Shown here one piece after another: positions 8,890 to 17,812 of a DNA stretch of 17,812 nt. Position 1 is the stretch's first letter. Each line of letters begins with the position of its first letter. A model generated the notes under the pieces. The model was not told where the DNA came from, did no database searches, and saw only the letters and a list, made by a program, of their open reading frames with translations. Location: the NCBI GenBank assembly GCA_041483195.1, contig JBGPFC010000056.1:1-17812 (forward strand). Reading direction: 5' to 3'. Source of the stretch: Candidatus Eiseniibacteriota bacterium (lineage in GTDB: Bacteria > Eisenbacteria > RBG-16-71-46). Position numbers and translations under genes: made by a program.

Positions 8890-10239
8890 CTAGCCGGCGC
8901 CGAGCGGCAGCATGAAGCCGAAGTCGATCGCCTTGGTCTCGAGGGTGATCGCCGGTTTGATGCGCACCTCGGCCATCGGCACCTTCTCGCCGTCGACCAG
9001 CTGCTCGCGCACCGTGACCGACACCGCGTCCTCGGGTTTCTCCCCGGCCAGCGTTCCCAGATGGCCGGTCAGCTCCTCGCGGAAGAACGCGGCCACCTGC
9101 TCTGGCGATCCCGCCGGCATCGCGTCCAGCAGCTGCCCGCAGAACTGGGCGAGGCGCGCGGCCGCGATCTGGTAGGCGATCGTCGCCTCGACCGTGAGCT
9201 TGCCGGGCGCGAGGCGGAACACCGTCACCGCCATCGGGATGATCGCGACGTTCGAGCGCAGCGGTCCCACCACCGGCGTGAACGCCGCGCGGTGCAGCTC
9301 GAGCATCTGCGTCTCGCTCATCGCGACCTCGGTCGCGAGCGGCGCCGTGACGTTGGCCTTGGTGGGGAACTCGCGCGTCGCGAGGCCCTCGAAGCGGCCG
9401 CCCTGCGGGCCGGCGATCGAGTAGGCGTGCCCGTGCTCGCGCACGCTGCGCGCGATCGCGGCGCCCACCAGCCACGCGCTGCGCCCCCACAGGTAGCTGT
9501 CGGGGTTGGACTCGCCAGCGGTCTCGGCGTGTCCGTTCGCGGCGGAGTAGGGGGCGCGCTGGAGGTAGCGATTGATGGCGAGCGCGATCCAGCGTGCGGG
9601 CTCGGTCGCCTGGAAATTGCGGAAGTTCGCGTGCGGCGGATCCCCGAGCTTCGTGAGCAGCTCCGGAAGCGCTGCGGCCTGGATCATGAAGCGGAAGTCG
9701 AAGAACCCGGCGGAGGCCGCGGCCACGATCGGCGCCTGCAGCACCTTCGCCATGCCCGCGAGATCGTTCAGGATCGCGAGATCCTCCGGCTTGTGGCTGA
9801 ACTCGAAATCGGCGATCACCAGCGAGAGCGGGGAGCCGCTCTCGAGCTCCGGCTTGAACACCGATTCACGGAAGCGCGCGGCGAGCGACTTGCGCGGCAC
9901 CGACATCACCTGGACCTCGACCGCGCCCGCCGCGTGCTGGAGCAGGAGCTTGAGCCCGCGCCAGGCGGACTCGACGCGCTGGAGCCCGGGGTGATGGAGC
10001 GCCGCGTCGATCGCGGCGGGCGAAGCCGCGCCGCCGAGGCGGGCCGCGATCGACTGCGGCGTGAAAGCCGAGGGATCGCGCAGCTCGATGCGCGCGGCCG
10101 GCGCCCCGGCCGCTGCGGGAATCTCGACCGAAGCGCCGAGCGAGCCGAGCCACGCATCGGCATCGGTCACGGCCGCGGGACGCGGCGACTCGACGCCGGC
10201 GTCGGTGATGACCAGTATTCTCCAGGCCAGGGGCTTCAT
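8890..10239 (-). CDS. Short TssB-TssC (VipA-VipB-like) fused contractile sheath protein, 449 aa
   Basis: ATG at 10239 with GAGAGGAG SD. TssB-like N-terminus (LAWRILVITD...IELRDPSAFTPQSI) then TssC motifs ALHHPGLQRVESAWRGLKLL, LVIADFEF, NRYLQRAPY, SYLWG, and C-terminal VRIKP. Confidence 0.85.
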   Translation of the reverse strand: MKPLAWRILVITDAGVESPRPAAVTDADAWLGSLGASVEIPAAAGAPAARIELRDPSAFTPQSIAARLGGAASPAAIDAALHHPGLQRVESAWRGLKLLLQHAAGAVEVQVMSVPRKSLAARFRESVFKPELESGSPLSLVIADFEFSHKPEDLAILNDLAGMAKVLQAPIVAAASAGFFDFRFMIQAAALPELLTKLGDPPHANFRNFQATEPARWIALAINRYLQRAPYSAANGHAETAGESNPDSYLWGRSAWLVGAAIARSVREHGHAYSIAGPQGGRFEGLATREFPTKANVTAPLATEVAMSETQMLELHRAAFTPVVGPLRSNVAIIPMAVTVFRLAPGKLTVEATIAYQIAAARLAQFCGQLLDAMPAGSPEQVAAFFREELTGHLGTLAGEKPEDAVSVTVREQLVDGEKVPMAEVRIKPAITLETKAIDFGFMLPLGAG

Positions 10240-10298
10240 GCGAGCTGCTCCTCTCGATCGTGGGGTGATGCGGATCGGCGCGATGGCCGCGATGGTTC

Positions 10299-12140
10299 TC
10301 AGGCGCCGAGCGGTATCTCGAACGCCACGTCGGGTAGCCCGCGCAACGGCCCCGCGACCGGCGAGACCCGCAGCGCGACGGCTTCGGCGCTCGCACCCTC
10401 GACCGTGACGCGCACCAGCTCGCCTTCGCGGGCCGTGGTCAGGAACGCGAGTCCCTTCGCCAGCGTGCTCGCGACTTCGTCCGGCCCGCGGGTGCGGTCC
10501 ATCCAGGCCACGAGGTGCGCGACCAGCGCGCCGATCTGCGCGAGGAACAGCTGGAACGGCAGCGACGCGCGGCGCGCGTCCGCCACGTTCGGCCGCTGGC
10601 CCTCGGCGGTGGCCGGACGATGCAGCGTCGGCGCGCTCGCCACGAATGCCGCGTCGGCGTTGCGCCGGCAGGCGAGCGCGAGGATGCCGCCCTGCGACAG
10701 CTCGAGCACGCGCCGTTCGGAGAGCAGCGCCTCGAGCGGGGCCTGCACCACCTCGGTGGTGCGGAGCCTGAGCGGCCGCACCGGCAGATCGCCGATCACG
10801 CCGCGGTCGTCGGGGCCGACGATCTCGGTGCCCCAGCCGGTGCGCTCGAAGCTCGCGGCCACCAGCACCGCGATCGCCCACGGCGGGCCGCACCACAGAT
10901 AGGAGGCGTCCGCGCCGATCGGATTCTCCTCGAACGCGAAGTCCTTCACCTTCTCCTGCTCGGCGCCGTATGGCGCGCGCAGCAAGAAGCGGTTGATGGT
11001 GAGCGTGATCCAGCGCGAGGCTTCGAGCGCGCGCAGCACGTTCCATCGCATGTGATCGTCGTCGCTCAGCAGGGTGGAGAGATCGTCGAGCCCGTCGGTC
11101 TGCGCGAGCGATGGCACCCCGAGCACGGTGGGGGAGAGCCCCGCGATCACCGGCAGCTGCACCGCCTCGGCCTCGCCGGCGAGCGCCGCCACGTCGTCGA
11201 AGTCGCCGGAGTCCGGGCCGAGGTCGAACGCGTGATCGAGCACGAGCAGCGGCACGCGCCCTTCGGTCCGCACGCTCGCGGCGAGCGGCGCGACCACCTC
11301 GCCGAAGGCGGCGAGCAGATCGGAACGCGCCGCGATCACGACGTGCAGGCGCACGCCGGTGCGGAAGTCGACGCGCCGGGTGAGCCAGCGGAGCGCGGTC
11401 CACACGCGCTCGAGCGCCTGAAAGCGCGGATGGTGGAGCGCGGCCCGCACCGTGCCGGCGATCGCGCCATCCAGCGCATCGCCGATCTGACGCAACGTCG
11501 CGGTCGGCACCGTGCCCTGCGTCCGCACCGCTCCGACGAACTCGCCGACCAGCGCGTCGAATACGCGCTGCGTCCGCGCGGTCTCGGAGGGTGAAGGCGT
11601 CTCGCTCGCGGCGGAGCCGCCCACATCCACCATGTCGAACAACGCGTCGATGCCGCCGCCGCTCGCGGGACGCGGCGTGACGGGTGGCCTGGTGGTCGCG
11701 ACCGGCGGCGGTGGAGCCGCCGCGGGCCGCGGCGGGGCCTGAGCGCCGCGATCGCCATCGAGCACCCGGCGCAGGGCCTCCACCAGCTCGGGCGGCTCGT
11801 GGATGGTCTCGATCGCCGCGCGCAATCCCGCGGCATCCGGCGCGCGCTCGCCGATGGCGCGCTTCAGCGCGAACAGCCCGCGCGTCGCGGGCAGCGCGGC
11901 GGCGAGGCCCTCGGGCCGGAACGCGCGAAAGTCGGGGAACTCGAGCCGCACCCGAAACGGCGAGCCGTCGGCTGCGGCGCCGGATGGCAGCTCGAGCGCG
12001 GCGCCCGCCTGCTTCATGAACTCGGCGAGATTCTCGCGATCGACGCGATGCGCGCGGCCGCGCAGGTCCTCGCCGGCGCTTCCGGGCGGAAGCAGATCGG
12101 CCACGACGATGAGATCCAGCGGCAGATCCGTGCGCTCCAT
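10299..12140 (-). CDS. Long TssB-TssC (VipA-VipB-like) fused contractile sheath protein, 613 aa
   Basis: ATG at 12140 with GGAGGT SD at 12144-12149. TssB-like LPLDLIVVADL..VDRENL..LEFPDFRAFRPEGL..LFALKR, Pro-rich linker, then TssC motifs ALHHPRFQALERVWTALRWL, NRFLLRAPYG, FAFEE, YLWC, GDLP. Confidence 0.88.
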   Translation of the reverse strand: MERTDLPLDLIVVADLLPPGSAGEDLRGRAHRVDRENLAEFMKQAGAALELPSGAAADGSPFRVRLEFPDFRAFRPEGLAAALPATRGLFALKRAIGERAPDAAGLRAAIETIHEPPELVEALRRVLDGDRGAQAPPRPAAAPPPPVATTRPPVTPRPASGGGIDALFDMVDVGGSAASETPSPSETARTQRVFDALVGEFVGAVRTQGTVPTATLRQIGDALDGAIAGTVRAALHHPRFQALERVWTALRWLTRRVDFRTGVRLHVVIAARSDLLAAFGEVVAPLAASVRTEGRVPLLVLDHAFDLGPDSGDFDDVAALAGEAEAVQLPVIAGLSPTVLGVPSLAQTDGLDDLSTLLSDDDHMRWNVLRALEASRWITLTINRFLLRAPYGAEQEKVKDFAFEENPIGADASYLWCGPPWAIAVLVAASFERTGWGTEIVGPDDRGVIGDLPVRPLRLRTTEVVQAPLEALLSERRVLELSQGGILALACRRNADAAFVASAPTLHRPATAEGQRPNVADARRASLPFQLFLAQIGALVAHLVAWMDRTRGPDEVASTLAKGLAFLTTAREGELVRVTVEGASAEAVALRVSPVAGPLRGLPDVAFEIPLGA

Positions 12141-12213
12141 GCGACCTCCGGGTTCGGCGCGACGCAGGGCGCCAGCCTGCGCCCGACGGGGCGCGCGGCA
12201 CCATGAGCCGCAC

Positions 12214-12242
12214 ACACTAGTCGCGCCGGCGCCGCGGGGCAA
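12214..12242 (-). promoter_or_regulatory. Putative sigma70-type promoter for the sheath genes
   Basis: Minus strand TTGCCC (12242-12237), 17 bp spacer, TAGTGT (12219-12214), about 70 bp upstream of ATG 12140. Confidence 0.5.
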
Positions 12243-12323
12243 CCGCCCCGATTCGGGCGCGAGCGGAGCCTCTCGGCGGCTCCCGGCCGGGCGCCGCGGC
12301 GCACGCGGGACGTGGCGGGGCGG

Positions 12324-12353
12324 TTGACATGGGCGGCGGGCGCTCCATAGATT
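12324..12353 (+). promoter_or_regulatory. Putative sigma70-type promoter for the MOSC-HK-RR-cdaR operon
   Basis: TTGACA (12324-12329), 18 bp spacer, TAGATT (12348-12353). GAGGAG SD at 12385-12390 before ATG 12399. Confidence 0.6.
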
Positions 12354-12398
12354 TCGGCGAAGCTGGCCAGCCGCGCCCCGTTCCGAGGAGACCTCGCC

Positions 12399-12827
12399 AT
12401 GCCCCCCACCGTGGTCGCACTCCATCTCACCCCCGCCCGCCGCGAGGCGCTGGTGCCGGTCGAGCACGTCACCGCGTTGCTCGAGACCGGTCTCGACGGG
12501 GACCGCCACGCCCGGCGCGACAGCCGGCGACAGGTGCTGCTCGTCGAGCAGGAAGTGCTCGACGGCTTCGGGCTCGCGCCGGGCGCCATTCGCGAACAGG
12601 TCACGGTGCGCGGCCTCGACCTGAACGCACTCCCCTTCGGCGCGCGCATCCGGGTGGGCGGCGCGACGCTCGAGATGGCGGGGCCGTGCGCGCCGTGCGC
12701 GCGCATGGACGAGATCCGGCCGGGACTGCAGGGCGAGCTCGAGGGCCGGCGCGGGCGCTTCGCCCGAGTGACCGGCGCCGGTACCTTTGCGGTCGGCGAC
12801 GTGCTCAGGGTCGAGCCGCCGGCCTGA
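12399..12827 (+). CDS. MOSC-domain protein
   Basis: Motifs GLDGDRH, RQVLL, PGAIREQVTVRGLDL, RIRVGGATLE, PCAPCARM, GTFAVGD. Good SD. Confidence 0.88.
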   Translation: MPPTVVALHLTPARREALVPVEHVTALLETGLDGDRHARRDSRRQVLLVEQEVLDGFGLAPGAIREQVTVRGLDLNALPFGARIRVGGATLEMAGPCAPCARMDEIRPGLQGELEGRRGRFARVTGAGTFAVGDVLRVEPPA

Positions 12828-12874
12828 CGCCTTCGAACACCCGGCCCGGTCGGCGCGGCGCAAGGGAGGATCGA

Positions 12875-14172
12875 CTGCAGCGCACCATCTCCGGCACCGT
12901 GCTGCTCGCCGCGGTCGCGATCCTCGCGACCTGCGCGCTCTCGTGGTACTCGTATCGAGGGGTGCGCACCGCGCTCGATGACGAGTTCGCGCGCCGCCTC
13001 GCCAACGTGTCGAGCGCGACCGCCGCGCAGATCAGCGCAGACGATATCGGGGACGCGGAGCGTCTCGGCGACGAGGGCGCGGGCTTCGCGAATCTCCAGG
13101 TGCAGCTCGAAGCGCTGCGCACCACGACCGGGCTCGCGAACGCCTCGTTGTTCGATTCGCTCGGTCTCACCATCTACGACTGCCGCGGCCCGGAGTACCA
13201 GCACGAGACCACGCGCCTCGACACGCTCGCGCACGCGGCGGTCGAGACCGCGCTGCGCGGACGCGCGGTGGTCACTCCCACGTTCGTCCTCGCGGGCCGG
13301 GAGGCCCGGGCTGGTCTCGCGCCGGTGATGGGGCGGAGCGGCAGCGTCGCGGGCGTGGTCGCGGTCGAGGGCCGGCTCGAATACCTGCCGGTGCTCGCCC
13401 GGTTCCGGCGCGGGCTCCTGCTCTCGGCGCTGGTGATCGCGCTCACGCTGGTGGTGCTGGTGGTGCTCCGCATTCGCATGGCGCTCGCCGCCGAGCGGCT
13501 CGAGCGGCGGCTGAGCCGCGCCGAGAATCTCGCGGCGATGGGCCGCCTCACCGCCACGCTCGCGCACGAGATCAAGAACCCGCTCGCGATCATCCGCGGC
13601 TCCGCGCAGCGACTCGGCAAGCTCGAGCCCGAGGCGGAGCGCATGGCGGCGTTCATCGTGGAGGAGAGCGACCGGCTCAGTCACACGGTCGCGCGCTACC
13701 TGCAGTTCGCGCGCGCCGAGGCGGGGACCGGAGAGCATGGCGACGCGGCGGGGGCGCTCGCCGCCACCCTCGACCTGCTCGATGGCGAATGCCGCGAGCG
13801 GCGGGTCGATGTGGCGCGCGGCGAGGCCGGAGCGCCCGCCATCGTCTCGCTCGATCACGAGTCGCTCAAGCAGGTCTACCTCAACCTGATCCTGAACGCG
13901 CTCGAGGCGATGCCCGAGGGGGGCAGGCTCACGGTCACACGCGTGGAGCACGGGGCGCGCATCGAGTTCACGATCGCCGACACCGGATCGGGCATCGCCC
14001 CCGAGGCGGTCGGCCGGGCCGGGGACCCGTTCTTCACCACCAAGGCGAAGGGCTCGGGCCTGGGTCTCTTTCTCGCGCGAAGGCTGGTACAGTCCGCGGG
14101 CGGCGACCTGGAGATGCGAAGCGAAGCCGGCCGCGGTACGACGGCCATCGTGCGGTTCCCACGCGTGAAAGG

Positions 14173-14176
<4 letters not shown>
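12875..14176 (+). CDS. Membrane sensor histidine kinase (NtrB-like); start uncertain, CTG 12875 preferred, GTG 12899 alternative
   Basis: Two hydrophobic TM segments. H-box LAHEIKNPL, N-box NLILNALEAM, G1 DTGSGI, F-box PFFTTK, G2 GSGLGL. ATGA overlap with the regulator. Confidence 0.93.
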
Positions 14177-15650
<1,474 letters not shown>

Positions 15651-15654
<4 letters not shown>

Positions 15655-16313
15655 ACGTGATCCGCGGGCTGCTGCTCGACAACCTGGGGCTCAAGCTGGT
15701 GGCGCTGCTCATGGCGCTGCTGGTCTACCTGAACGTCTACACCGACCGGCCCGCCACCATGATCGTGAGCTTCCCGCTCCAGCTCGCGGACCTGCCGGAT
15801 TCGATATCGCTCTCGGGGCCGGTTCCCGCCGCGGTGCAGGCCGAGATCCGCGGCACCGGCAAGCAGCTCATCCGGCTTCGCCTCACCGAGCCGCATCTCA
15901 GCGTCTCGCTCGCCGGGGTCGCGACCGGGCGCTTCGAGCGCGCGTTCAGCGCGGCGGATCTTCCGCTCAGCGAAGGCCTCGAGGTCGAGCGCATGGTCGG
16001 CCCGCGCATGCTCGAGATCGACCTCGATCGCAAGCGTGTATTGCGCATCCCGGTCGCGGCACGAGTCGAGGGCGCGCCCGCGGCCGGCGTCGCGCACAGC
16101 GGGGCCGTCGTCGTGGATCCCGCGCGGGTGACGCTCACCGGACCCGCGAAGGTCATCGCGAAGCTCGACAGCATCGCGCTCGCGACGGTGCGCATCGACG
16201 GCCGGCGCGACACGGTGCGCGTGCAGGTCGGACCGGACGCGCTGCCCGACTGGTGCACCATGACGCCGGCGACGGTCACGGTGACGGTGCCGCTCAAGCG
16301 CGGCCCGGGCTGA
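15651..16313 (+). CDS. CdaR/YbbR-like domain membrane-anchored protein
   Basis: GTGA overlap with the regulator stop, GGAGG at 15637-15641. N-terminal DNLGLKLVALLMALLVYLNV anchor typical of YbbR; two beta-rich repeats (AEIRGT, PARVTLTGP). Confidence 0.75.
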
Positions 16314-16325
16314 GCGCGAGGGCGC

Positions 16326-16362
16326 GAAACAGCACGCGCCCGGCCGCGTGAGACCGGGCGCG
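16326..16362 (-). terminator. GC-rich terminator-like hairpin with an imperfect U-tract
   Basis: Minus strand CGCGCCCGGUC-UCACGC-GGCCGGGCGCG (11 bp, one G-U) then UGCUGUUUC. It may also stop the convergent cdaR transcript. Confidence 0.55.
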
Positions 16363-16482
16363 AACGAGGAATCGGAAGCGCTCGAGAGGCCGATGCGCTC
16401 CGGGCCAAGATGTTAGCGGGGTCGGTGGCCGCGCTGGAGATGGCAGGCATGGAGGTAGGACGCGACTCCGCCCCCCGCTGGC
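16326..16482 (-). ncRNA. Candidate sigma54-dependent small RNA with three stem-loops
   Basis: Starts at the predicted +1 of the sigma54 promoter. SL1 16415-16479, SL2 16373-16402, SL3 16335-16362 followed by UGCUGUUU. G-U pairs favour the minus strand. Confidence 0.6.
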
Positions 16483-16493
16483 CGTGACGGACC

Positions 16494-16508
16494 GCAAGCC
16501 ATGTGCCA
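16494..16508 (-). promoter_or_regulatory. Sigma54 (RpoN) -24/-12 promoter
   Basis: Minus strand TGGCAC-ATGGC-TTGC matches the TGGCAC-N5-TTGC consensus; intergenic, next to a sigma54 activator operon. Confidence 0.75.
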
Positions 16509-16800
16509 CCCGATCGTGCATCTCACGATCCCGCACAGAAGGCCCAACGGCGCGGCTTTGAGCTGCGTTGCGATCCGCGGTGGGGAAAATGCCGCGCACC
16601 GGGAGCCTGCGAAGCGCACGCCGCGGATGACGCTCTGCAAGGCGCGGCGTTCCATCGCCTCCATCCGTCCGCCGCCTCCGCCGCGCCCGTCGCGCCCGCC
16701 GCGCCGCCCTCGAAGCCGGGCTCAAGCCCCGCGGGTGCGGGGTCGATACACGTCTCGACGCGCGCGTGCGCGAAGGATCGGAACCGCGCTCTCCTGGCCC

Positions 16801-16829
16801 TTGACACTGCCGAGCGCCGCGCCTAGAGT
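16801..16829 (+). promoter_or_regulatory. Sigma70 promoter of rho
   Basis: TTGACA (16801-16806), 17 bp spacer, TAGAGT (16824-16829), followed by an AT-rich TTTATT. Confidence 0.75.
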
Positions 16830-17160
16830 TTTATTCGTTGGCCGACCCGATGTGGCGCCTCCAGGCGCTCGGGCGGCTCAGATCCGGCGACCGGTCCCAC
16901 GCGAAACCTCGGGCGCGCCGGCCTTCTCAGAGCCCATCCGTTCGAATCCCGCCGCTCCGCGGCTTTCGTTCACTCGCTCCACCATTCATGAGGAACCCGT
17001 TCGCGGCCTTTCCGAAGCCCGAACTCACACACCACCCGAACCCCTGATCCGACGGCCTGCGGGCCGCTGACGACCCGCATCCACGGCCCAACCGTCACGG
17101 CCCGCGCTTTCGGCGTGCGGTGAGACGGCAACGCCAAACCCTCGCGAAGGCGAACCCACG

Positions 17161-17812
17161 ATGGAAACCACCGAGACCACGTCCACTCCCACGCCCACCC
17201 CGCCCCCGAGCCAGGCCCAAACCCTCGAGCTCACCCAGCTCAAGGGCAAGACCATGGCGGAGCTCCTGCACCTCTGCCAGGAGCTCAACGTTCAGGGCCT
17301 GAGTGGCCTGCGCAAGCAGGAACTGATCTTCAAGATCCTCGAGGCGCAGACCGAGAAGAACGGTCTGATCTTCGCAGAGGGCGTGCTCGAGATCCTGCCC
17401 GAGGGTTACGGCTTCCTGCGTTCGCCGACCTACAACTACCTGCCGGGCCCTGACGACATCTACGTCTCGCCCTCACAGATCAAGCGCTTCGACCTGCACA
17501 CCGGCGACACCGTGTCGGGACAGGTGCGCCCTCCCAAGGAAGGCGAGCGCTACTTCGCGCTGCTGCGCGTCGAGGCTGTGAACTTCGAGAGCCCGGAGGC
17601 GGCGAAGGACAAGATCCTCTTCGACAACCTCACGCCGCTCTACCCGGTGGACAAGATCAACCTCGAGAGCAAGGACCGCTGCATCGAGACCCGCATCATC
17701 GACCTGCTGTGCCCGTTCGGAAAAGGCCAGCGGGCGCTCATCACCTCGCCGCCCAAGGCGGGCAAGACCATCCTGCTCCAGAAGATCGCGAACGCGATCA
17801 GCGAGAACCACC
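17161..17812 (+). CDS. rho: Transcription termination factor Rho, 3'-truncated by the window edge (absent from the ORF track)
   Basis: Manual translation from ATG 17161: [101 protein letters not shown]. Confidence 0.98.
   Translation, partial: METTETTSTPTPTPPPSQAQTLELTQLKGKTMAELLHLCQELNVQGLSGLRKQELIFKILEAQTEKNGLIFAEGVLEILPEGYGFLRSPTYNYLPGPDDIYVSPSQIKRFDLHTGDTVSGQVRPPKEGERYFALLRVEAVNFESPEAAKDKILFDNLTPLYPVDKINLESKDRCIETRIIDLLCPFGKGQRALITSPPKAGKTILLQKIANAISENH

Noticed and set aside
8890..12863. ORF-track 1107-aa and 854-aa versions of the sheath genes
   Set aside because: The N-terminal extensions are Arg/Ala-rich read-through of other genes' frames; SD-supported starts are at 10239 and 12140.
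12329..12874. Long N-terminal extension of the kinase (615-aa ORF)
   Set aside because: It overlaps the MOSC gene in another frame and its ATG lies within the predicted promoter.
15737..16450. 237-aa minus-strand ORF starting just downstream of the sigma54 promoter
   Set aside because: Antisense to the cdaR-like gene, Ser/Arg-rich shadow composition, ATG preceded by anti-SD CCTCC rather than an SD, and crossed by a terminator-like hairpin.
16365..16492. Several GGA motifs on the + strand suggesting a CsrB/RsmZ-like RNA
   Set aside because: The motifs are not in individual hairpin loops, and both the promoter and the G-U pairing favour the minus strand.
16936..16962. GTTCGAATCCC, resembling a tRNA T-loop or att-site remnant
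   Set aside because: The flanks (ATCCG / CCCGC) do not form a T-stem; no cloverleaf, no CCA end and no integrase nearby.
16501..17302. Several short overlapping ORFs in the cdaR-rho intergenic region
   Set aside because: Low-complexity Arg/Pro/Ala translations, no SD, and they overlap promoters and RNA structures.

Overview
GC-rich bacterial window with four blocks. (1) 1-8835, + strand: a type VI secretion (T6SS) spike/cargo operon comprising 5'-truncated vgrG, TIGR02270-like, DUF6484-like, DUF2169, a catalytically degenerate thiolase/KAS-like protein, a stand-alone DUF4150 (PIPY/PAAR-like) tip, a metzincin-type Zn-peptidase (candidate effector) and two small, distantly paralogous unknown genes (candidate immunity pair). 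(2) 8890-12140, - strand: two tandem genes that each look like a single-chain TssB-TssC sheath fusion; the shorter one apparently lacks the whole TssB-C-term/TssC-N-term helical region. (3) 12399-16313, + strand: MOSC protein, sensor kinase (probably CTG start), sigma54-dependent NtrC-family regulator and a CdaR/YbbR-like gene without cdaA. (4) An ~850 bp intergenic region and the 5' part of rho. The intergenic region holds a near-consensus sigma54 promoter on the - strand directly ahead of an unannotated ~155-nt three-stem-loop sRNA candidate with anti-SD motifs in a large loop, plus a sigma70 promoter and long structured C-rich leader for rho. Family calls come from motifs recognised by eye, not from database searches.
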